Below are positions 1-5,694 of a stretch of DNA of 11,740 nt, piece after piece. The stretch comes from an uncultured archaeon (lineage in GTDB: Archaea > Iainarchaeota > Iainarchaeia > Iainarchaeales > CSSED10-239). Each line of letters begins with the position of its first letter. Positions within the stretch are counted from its first letter, which is position 1. The DNA is taken from positions 1 to 11,740 of the forward strand of contig CAYXWT010000023.1 of assembly GCA_964468895.1 (NCBI GenBank). Reading direction: 5' to 3'. The notes under the pieces are model-generated. The model was given only the letters and a program-made list of their open reading frames with translations. It was not told where the DNA came from and searched no databases. A program made the position numbers and the translations under genes.

Positions 1-95
1 GTATAGTAAATTTTGATGGAATTAAATCTAGTAACAATAATTTTGAAACAATGCCAATTGATTATTATAATGATTCTATAAATTTTTATGAATAA
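1..95 (+). CDS. 3' end of an upstream gene cut by the window edge. Its C-terminus resembles the tandem secreted-protein family that follows.
   Basis: Frame 3 is open from the window edge to TAA at 93-95 and reads ...IVNFDGIKSSNNNFETMPIDYYNDSINFYE*. It is N/D/Y-rich and ends in a DYYND..FY tail, comparable to LYYNDGQLYR at the end of the 1044-1799 protein. It lies 35 nt upstream of the next family member. Confidence 0.45.
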   Translation, partial: IVNFDGIKSSNNNFETMPIDYYNDSINFYE

Positions 96-130
96 TTTTT
101 TTACTAAGCAAATATTAGGAGATGAAATTT

Positions 131-1027
131 ATGAAATTAAAAATATTTAATGTTTTACTTTTATTATTATTTTTACAATTAATATTAGTTCCAATTTATG
201 CAGAAGATGTATATAATTCAGTTTATGACATATATCCTATTGATGATAATATATATCATATTGATAATATAAATGAAATTTTATATAATAAAGTTGATAC
301 TATTTCTGAAGATTATTTTGATTCTGAAAAGTTTGAAGATAATGTTTTGATTTATCCAGATTCAAATCTTTATGATACAGTTTGGACTAATTATTATACA
401 GAATCTTCTACTAATAATGATTTTTTTAAAAACAATATTGAATCTGGAAACATAATCTCTACAAGTACGGTACATCCTGATAGTATAGTGTATACTTATA
501 ATAATATAAATACACAAGGTGATTATTATTTTGGTAGAGATCCAAAGGTTATAACTCAAGAGTATTTAGAAGTTATAGATTATTCTACAGATAATGATTC
601 TTTAAATATAGATAAATTTAATTATAATGTGTCAACTATAAATTCTAATAATTCTGAAGATTCTGAAGAATTTAATATAAATCTTAATTATGAAACTGTT
701 GCTCCAGAATTAAATATGAGTTATAGAAATGATTCAGAAAGTAAGTTAAGTTCTTTAAAATATCTTGATGGTGGTTCTGTAGAATCTATTGATACTTATT
801 CTTGTATTGGTTGTATGCCTTGTGAATATTTGGGTTTAGAAAATAAAAATTTTGAACCAGTTTCTGATGAATTTTATGATAGTTATGAAGGTTATAAAGA
901 AAATTTTGTAAATGATAGTTCTGCTTTAATGTTAAGACATAATTCTCAAGAATATGTTGATGGAGAAAAGTTTAAATCTGATTTGGAATTATCATATTAT
1001 ATTGATGGTGTAATTTATTATAAATAA
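131..1027 (+). CDS. Secreted acidic N/D/Y-rich protein of unknown function, tandem family copy 1
   Basis: This is track ORF 122-1027. AGGAG at 117-121 abuts the ATG at 122, so the ATG at 131 (9-nt spacer) is the likelier start. It gives MKLKIFNVLLLLLFLQLILVPIYA|EDV, a classic signal peptide with a positive n-region, a hydrophobic core and a small-x-small cleavage site. The copy shares PDSxVY, the LEVIDYSTDNDSLNIDKFNY island and the C-terminal YYIDGVIYYK with its paralogs. It also contains CIGCMPC. Confidence 0.85.
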   Translation: MKLKIFNVLLLLLFLQLILVPIYAEDVYNSVYDIYPIDDNIYHIDNINEILYNKVDTISEDYFDSEKFEDNVLIYPDSNLYDTVWTNYYTESSTNNDFFKNNIESGNIISTSTVHPDSIVYTYNNINTQGDYYFGRDPKVITQEYLEVIDYSTDNDSLNIDKFNYNVSTINSNNSEDSEEFNINLNYETVAPELNMSYRNDSESKLSSLKYLDGGSVESIDTYSCIGCMPCEYLGLENKNFEPVSDEFYDSYEGYKENFVNDSSALMLRHNSQEYVDGEKFKSDLELSYYIDGVIYYK

Positions 1028-1043
1028 TTATATGGTGATTTAA

Positions 1044-1799
1044 ATGAAAAATAAAGTTTTAGGATTTTTAGTAGTTTTGATATGTTTACAAGTGTTTTTG
1101 TCTTTTGTTAGTGCTCAAGATAATAATGATTCTCAAGAAATCTTATATGGTTTACAAAAACTAGAATTTAATATTGAAAATGAAGTCCTTGATATTGTTG
1201 TAGAAAATTCTTTTGAAACACTTACTGTTTTAGATAATGATGTAAATTATATGTCTTATATTAATATAAATGAAGGTCAATTTGATGAATCTATAGCTTA
1301 TAACTTTATTGATATTTATCCAGATAGTTTAGTATATAGTTATAAAGATGCAGATTATATAAATGATAATAGTATCTCTTTTAGAATCGTAGATTATAGT
1401 CCTTATAATGATAATATAGATTTTGATAAAATAAATTATTCTGAAAATTACAGTTTAGTTGACAATCCAAATATTTATTATGAAAAAGATAATTCTTCTT
1501 CACAGATAGAGATAGATGCATATTCTAATTTATCAAATATTACTTATAAACATAATTTTGGTGAAGATTATTGTGTGGATTGTTATGGATATTTAAATGG
1601 AGCTGAAGTAGAAGAAAATGATTTTTCTAAAGATAAATATTATGAATCTTATGAATTTGATAATAGAATGTATAGTAATTTTTCAGAAGACTTTAAAGTT
1701 AAATTATACCATGTAAAAGATACTTTTGATTATGAAAATCATCTTGTCAATTCTGAAGATGAGTTTTTATATTATAATGATGGTCAACTATATAGATAA
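1044..1799 (+). CDS. Secreted acidic N/D/Y-rich protein of unknown function, tandem family copy 2
   Basis: GGTGAT box with a TTAA spacer before the ATG at 1044. The signal peptide is MKNKVLGFLVVLICLQVFLSFVSA|QDN. Family islands present are IYPDSLVYSY, FRIVDYSPYNDNIDFDKINY and a C-terminal YYNDGQLYR. It also has a CVDC motif. It starts 16 nt after copy 1. Confidence 0.88.
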   Translation: MKNKVLGFLVVLICLQVFLSFVSAQDNNDSQEILYGLQKLEFNIENEVLDIVVENSFETLTVLDNDVNYMSYININEGQFDESIAYNFIDIYPDSLVYSYKDADYINDNSISFRIVDYSPYNDNIDFDKINYSENYSLVDNPNIYYEKDNSSSQIEIDAYSNLSNITYKHNFGEDYCVDCYGYLNGAEVEENDFSKDKYYESYEFDNRMYSNFSEDFKVKLYHVKDTFDYENHLVNSEDEFLYYNDGQLYR

Positions 1800-1841
1800 T
1801 TAGTTGAATTTTTACTAAAAAATATTAAAATGGTGATTTAT

Positions 1842-2630
1842 GTGAAATTTAAAGTAATATTAAGTTTTTTGTGTTTAATGATTTTTTTACAATCAATATT
1901 AGTTTCAGTTTATGCTGAAGATTTTGTAGATGTGTCCTATTTAAATGAAAATATTAATTATTACATTAATAATAAGGTAAATTCAGTAATATCTGATTTT
2001 CCTCAAGGAGATTTAATTTATAGTTCTGATGAAGTAGAAGTATATAACCATATTGATTCATCAGGAAGTGTATTTTGGGGTGAAATTCCATCTGATTCTT
2101 ATACCATTACAAAGTCAGATGATAGTATAGTGTATGAATATTATAGTTTTAAGGGTACAGCTCATAATTCTGATACTGATCAATGTTATGTGAAATTTGT
2201 TGATAATACACCTGAAAATAATATTGTTGATTTAGATGAAACTTATTATAATTATAGTCACGATATGATAAGACAAAACAATTTAGTATCTATAGAATTA
2301 GAATCTAAAAATAATCATTTAAATAAAAGAGAATTCTATGAATTAAGAGATAATAGACTAGAATCAAATATTTATCTTAATAATGTTGAAAATCAATTTG
2401 TAGACTATTATAAAGTTACTGATGTTGATACAACAGATTCTATTGATTTATATAATGGGTATTTAGAAGACAATCTTAATAGTGAATATTTTGATATTTA
2501 TTTAGAAAAATATCCTGAAAATTCTACTATTATAATTTCTCATAATCATGAATATTATAATGATGAAAGTGAAATGATAAATTATAGTCCAGACGTTATA
2601 TTTTATAATAATGGTCAGTTTTATAAGTAA
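1842..2630 (+). CDS. Secreted acidic N/D/Y-rich protein of unknown function, tandem family copy 3 (probable GTG start)
   Basis: This is track ORF 1830-2630. The ATG at 1830 overlaps the GGTGAT box (1832-1837). An in-frame GTG at 1842 sits at exactly the same spacing (GGTGAT+TTAT+GTG) as in copy 2 (GGTGAT+TTAA+ATG). It yields (M)KFKVILSFLCLMIFLQSILVSVYA|EDF, which matches the MKxK start of the paralogs. Family islands present are DDSIVYEY, VKFVDNTPENNIVDLDETYY and a C-terminal FYNNGQFYK. Confidence 0.85.
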   Translation: MKFKVILSFLCLMIFLQSILVSVYAEDFVDVSYLNENINYYINNKVNSVISDFPQGDLIYSSDEVEVYNHIDSSGSVFWGEIPSDSYTITKSDDSIVYEYYSFKGTAHNSDTDQCYVKFVDNTPENNIVDLDETYYNYSHDMIRQNNLVSIELESKNNHLNKREFYELRDNRLESNIYLNNVENQFVDYYKVTDVDTTDSIDLYNGYLEDNLNSEYFDIYLEKYPENSTIIISHNHEYYNDESEMINYSPDVIFYNNGQFYK

Positions 2631-2643
2631 TATTGTGATTTAT

Positions 2644-2757
2644 ATGAAACTAAAATTATTTTCTTTTCTATTTTTCACATTTAAATTAATAAGTATTATA
2701 TACATAATTTTTGGTAAAGGGTACTTGAATTTATTTACTAAATTAACTACTATTTAA
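2644..2757 (+). pseudogene. 37-codon ORF that looks like the decayed 5' end (RBS, start codon and leader) of a further family copy
   Basis: The sequence TGTGATTTATATGAAA mirrors GGTGATTTAAATGAAA and GGTGATTTATGTGAAA of copies 2 and 3, with a G->T change in the box. The translation is MKLKLFSFLFFTFKLISIIYIIFGKGYLNLFTKLTTI*. It starts MKLK like copy 1 and is hydrophobic, but it stops before any mature domain. Confidence 0.35.
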
Positions 2758-2797
2758 CTAAACGTGCACATGTAACTATAGTTAGTTAAATAATAGT
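2746..2797. repeat. 16-bp inverted repeat (one mismatch) with a 20-nt spacer, in the gap between copy 3 plus relic and copy 4
   Basis: ACTACTATTTAACTAA (2746-2761) pairs with TTAGTTAAATAATAGT (2782-2797, reverse complement ACTATTATTTAACTAA), a 15/16 match. The spacer ACGTGCACATGTAACTATAG contains the small palindromes GTGCAC and ACATGT. TAACTATA recurs at 2815-2822. Confidence 0.6.
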
Positions 2798-2879
2798 GTT
2801 TATAAATTTAACTTAACTATAAAATTATAAGGCAAGTTATATATATTTATATAAATAATTATTTTTAGGAGATTTTTTT

Positions 2880-3656
2880 ATGAAAAGTAAAATTTTATTT
2901 TGTCTTTCTTTAGTTGTGTTTTTACAATTAATGTTTTCAGTAGTATATGCACAAGGTATAGGAAAGGATGATATTTCAAATAACAGATTATTAAGTGAGA
3001 ATGTTCAAATTATAAGTGGTACATTAGATGATAATATAAGATATATCTCTGACACTTACCTTAATGGTAGCTCTAACCATCCAAATTTAGTATATGTTGA
3101 CAATACTAGCCCAGATAGTACTGTGTATGTTTACAATAATGATAACCAATATATCTCTGGATCTCCAGATTCTTTAACAGATGAATCTCTTAGAATTGTA
3201 GATTATTCTGTAAATAATGATACTTTAAATGTAGATAAATTTACATATTCAGAAAATGGTTCTAGTCTGTATGGAGATGGTACTTTAGAAAAATATAGAA
3301 TAAATTATAATAGTGGATATACAAACCCAGTATTAGAAGTTATCTATGTTAATGATAATCAAAATGAATTAGAAACATTACAATATAATAATTATGGAAA
3401 TTCTAGAGGTTATACTACTTATAGTTATAATGGTAATTATCAAAATTCAGAAGTAATTTTAATTGATCCTGTTTTTAGTGATGTTACAAATGTAAGTAAT
3501 GATTTTTCAGATGTATATGATAATTTTAGACAAAATAATGTTAATGGTGATTATCCTATTACTTTAACAGAATTTAATGAGTATTATGAAGATAATGAAT
3601 TTTTAAATTCTAATATTGGATATTCTTACTATATTGATGGTCAGATATATAAATAA
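2880..3656 (+). CDS. Secreted acidic N/D/Y-rich protein of unknown function, tandem family copy 4
   Basis: AGGAGA at 2867-2872 lies 7 nt before the ATG. The signal peptide is MKSKILFCLSLVVFLQLMFSVVYA|QGI. Family islands present are HPNLVY, SPDSTVYVYNN, LRIVDYSVNNDTLNVDKFTY and a C-terminal YYIDGQIYK. A 249-bp gap precedes it, so it probably has its own promoter. Confidence 0.88.
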   Translation: MKSKILFCLSLVVFLQLMFSVVYAQGIGKDDISNNRLLSENVQIISGTLDDNIRYISDTYLNGSSNHPNLVYVDNTSPDSTVYVYNNDNQYISGSPDSLTDESLRIVDYSVNNDTLNVDKFTYSENGSSLYGDGTLEKYRINYNSGYTNPVLEVIYVNDNQNELETLQYNNYGNSRGYTTYSYNGNYQNSEVILIDPVFSDVTNVSNDFSDVYDNFRQNNVNGDYPITLTEFNEYYEDNEFLNSNIGYSYYIDGQIYK

Positions 3657-3680
3657 ATTAATTTATTAAAAATTAATTTG

Positions 3681-3702
3681 TTTTTTTTAAATCTTTTTTT
3701 TT
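3681..3702 (+). terminator. Oligo-T termination signal after the family array
   Basis: A T8 run (3681-3688) and a T9 run (3694-3702) lie within 50 nt of the copy-4 stop codon. They follow the self-complementary AAATTAATTT, which occurs twice. Oligo-T tracts are the usual archaeal terminator, and this also fits an intrinsic terminator tail. Confidence 0.5.
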
Positions 3703-3825
3703 AAAAATACTAATTAAAATTGGTTCTACATAACAGACTTGTTGTATATATACAAATAACTTTATTTTATAAGTTTTTCTAATTCTAAATATTATGTAAT
3801 ATAATAAATATTTAATTATTTTATT

Positions 3826-3907
3826 GCTGGGTTTCCCGAGCGGTCAAAGGGGCTGGACTTAAGATCCAGTGCTTAGTGCTTCGCAGGTCCGAATCCTGCA
3901 CCCAGCA
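3826..3907 (+). tRNA. tRNA-Leu (anticodon UAA), class II, no encoded CCA
   Basis: The sequence folds by hand. The 7-bp acceptor stem is GCTGGGT/ACCCAGC. The 3-bp D stem carries a GAGCGGTCAAA loop. The anticodon stem is CTGGA/TCCAG with loop CTTAAGA (U33, anticodon TAA, G37). There is a 13-nt variable arm. The T stem is GCAGG/CCTGC with loop TCCGAAT, and the discriminator is A. Confidence 0.93.
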
Positions 3908-3928
3908 TTTAAAAGAAGGTGATTTTTT

Positions 3929-4516
3929 ATGAAAGTTGGAATTATTGCAGATGTACATGATAATATTCATAATTTGATTTTAATTTTAGAAAAATTAGAA
4001 GAAAGCAATTGTGAAAAAATATTGTTTTTAGGAGATTTTGCAGGAGCAGCTGTTGCTTTTGTATTAAGAAGTTCTAAAATACCTATTTTTGGAATTTGGG
4101 GTAATAATGATGGTGATAAAACAAGAATTACTAGACTTTCTATGCATCCAAATAGTAATTTAACAATGGCTGATGATATTTTTGATTTTATAGAAATTGA
4201 TAATAGAAAGATATTTTTAACACATTATCCTAATCTTGCTAAACCTATGGCTAAATCTAAAGAATTTGATGCTGTATTTTATGGACATAATCATCTTAAA
4301 AATGTAGAATATATTGGAGATTGTTTAGTAGCTAATCCTGGTGAAATTGGAGCTCAAAAAACAGGAGTTCCAAGTTATGGAATTTATGATACAAAAACAA
4401 ATAAAATTGAAATTATAATACTTGAAAATGGTGTTATTTTAGGTACAGATAAAGTAAGAGAGCATATGAAAGAAATTTCTTTTAAGTGGAGTCAAACAAA
4501 AGCTCATAAATATTAA
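3929..4516 (+). CDS. Metallophosphoesterase, YfcE/MJ0936 family
   Basis: GGTGAT box 5 nt before the ATG. The calcineurin-like motifs are present in order: IIADVHDN (DxH), FLGDF (GD), GNNDGD (GNxD), THYP (H), YGHNH (GHxH) and NPGE. Confidence 0.88.
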   Translation: MKVGIIADVHDNIHNLILILEKLEESNCEKILFLGDFAGAAVAFVLRSSKIPIFGIWGNNDGDKTRITRLSMHPNSNLTMADDIFDFIEIDNRKIFLTHYPNLAKPMAKSKEFDAVFYGHNHLKNVEYIGDCLVANPGEIGAQKTGVPSYGIYDTKTNKIEIIILENGVILGTDKVREHMKEISFKWSQTKAHKY

Positions 4517-4559
4517 AAATAAATAAATTTTATTTTTAATTTACTCTAAAGGAAAATAT

Positions 4560-5216
4560 ATGAAACCAAAGAAAATAAGTAGGGCTTTTTCTAAAAATAT
4601 AGGTTTGCCTAAAAATATTAAGAGTTTAGAATTTGAAAATACAAAATCTACTCCTAAAATTAGTGGTGTATTAGGTACTTCTAAATTATTAGCATTTTGT
4701 GTTAAAAGAAAGTATAATCTTCCTGATAATATGGTAGTTAAGGGATCTTGTGTTTTACCATATCAAATAAGTTTATTATCTAAGCTTAATAAAACTATTA
4801 AGGTTCTTAAAAAAGGTGACATTATAGTTCACAATAATTTGAGTTGTAGTATTATTAATTTTAAAAAGAAAAAAATAAGTTATATAAATGATTTACATTC
4901 TTTACCTTCTTTAGTATCTTTTAAAGGTTTTAAAGTATTTTATAATAAAATGATGTCTAAAATAAAAGAAAATAAATCAACACATGTATATTGTCATACA
5001 TGGATATTTTATGAACATCCAAATTTAGCAGAAAAGTTAGGTTTTAAGTTGGTTAGAAATATAGATAAATTTAAGAGTTTGTTAGAAAAAAATAAAATTA
5101 TAAAAATAGAAAAATATAGTTTTAAATCTGACAAATTAATCTGTAGAGATATTGATAATAAAATTGTAGCTCTTAATGCTAATTTATTACCTTTATGGGT
5201 AAAAGAAATAAAATAA
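4560..5216 (+). CDS. Hypothetical lysine-rich protein (218 aa), no recognisable family
   Basis: A long ORF in a genome where stop codons are frequent. A weak AAGGA lies 6 nt upstream of the ATG. No signal peptide or transmembrane segment is apparent. The only faint similarity is HPNLAEKLGFKLV, which resembles the end of a GNAT fold, but there is no Q/RxxGxG/A motif. Confidence 0.65.
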   Translation: MKPKKISRAFSKNIGLPKNIKSLEFENTKSTPKISGVLGTSKLLAFCVKRKYNLPDNMVVKGSCVLPYQISLLSKLNKTIKVLKKGDIIVHNNLSCSIINFKKKKISYINDLHSLPSLVSFKGFKVFYNKMMSKIKENKSTHVYCHTWIFYEHPNLAEKLGFKLVRNIDKFKSLLEKNKIIKIEKYSFKSDKLICRDIDNKIVALNANLLPLWVKEIK

Positions 5217-5265
5217 TAAAAAAACTATATTTAAAAACTCTTTTTGTCTTAAATATAATATTATT

Positions 5266-5347
5266 GCTAGGTTTCCCGAGCGGTCAAAGGGGCCAGACTC
5301 AAGATCTGGTGCTTAGTGCTTCGCAGGTTCAAATCCTGCACCTAGCA
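5266..5347 (+). tRNA. tRNA-Leu (anticodon CAA), class II, no encoded CCA
   Basis: Same architecture as 3826-3907. The acceptor stem is GCTAGGT/ACCTAGC. The anticodon stem is CCAGA/TCTGG with loop CTCAAGA (anticodon CAA). The variable arm is identical. The T loop is the canonical TTCAAAT. A T5 run follows immediately. Confidence 0.94.
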
Positions 5348-5492
5348 TTTTTAATCTTATTTTATTTCTAACTATTTATTAATTCTATTTTAGTTAATAA
5401 GTATTATTATTATGTGATCTTAATTTTATATGTTATTAATAAAAAAGATAATTAAAATTATTGTTATTGTTTTTTGATTTCTATTAAATTTA

Positions 5493-5669
5493 TCATTTAT
5501 GATTCTTATCTATTTCTTTAGTTTGTGATAAAGAAAAATTATTGTTGGTGGACTTTTTTTCTTTTTTAAATAAATAAAAAATCTTAGTGGAAAAGCATAA
5601 AATTCCAGTAATTGTGATTATAATTATTACAATTATTATCATTACTAATCCACTTATTGCAAATAACAT
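5493..5669 (-). CDS. Possible small single-pass membrane protein (58 aa), not in the ORF track
   Basis: I translated the minus strand by hand: MLFAISGLVMIIIVIIIITITGILCFSTKIFYLFKKEKKSTNNNFSLSQTKEIDKNHK*. One hydrophobic helix is followed by a basic tail. It starts 25 nt downstream of the AIM24-like gene on the same strand. No clear SD box is present, so support is weak. Confidence 0.3.
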   Translation of the reverse strand: MLFAISGLVMIIIVIIIITITGILCFSTKIFYLFKKEKKSTNNNFSLSQTKEIDKNHK

Positions 5670-5694
5670 AATTTATTCTTTTTTCTAAAGTTAT

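Noticed and set aside
362-559. 65-aa minus-strand track ORF inside family copy 1
   Set aside because: It lies antisense to, and entirely within, a well-supported CDS. Its product is I/Y-rich and low-complexity, and there is no RBS. It is a typical shadow ORF in AT-rich coding DNA.
2838-2857. Archaeal TATA box (TTTATATA at 2846-2853) for copy 4, and similar AT-rich boxes before the tRNAs
   Set aside because: At about 25 percent G+C, TATA-like octamers occur everywhere. The spacing to the RBS and start codon is also too short for this particular box. It is mentioned only as context and not called as a feature.
131-3656. N-glycosylation sequon enrichment (N-x-S/T) in the secreted family as evidence for archaeal surface glycoproteins
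   Set aside because: Several sequons exist, roughly three to eight per copy by my reading, and one sits beside the conserved DKFxY island. But in proteins this rich in N, S and T such sequons are expected by chance, so they carry no independent weight.
131-3656. Choline-binding / clostridial cell-wall-binding repeat (GW...YYF..G) assignment for the family
   Set aside because: Only the single terminal YYxDG element resembles half of such a repeat. There is no tandem 20-residue repeat array and no conserved GW dipeptide.
3826-5347. Integrated mobile element or genomic island delimited by the two tRNA-Leu genes
   Set aside because: The two tRNAs are complete, distinct isoacceptors rather than a tRNA plus a partial att-site repeat. 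The interval contains no integrase, recombinase, transposase or phage-like gene.
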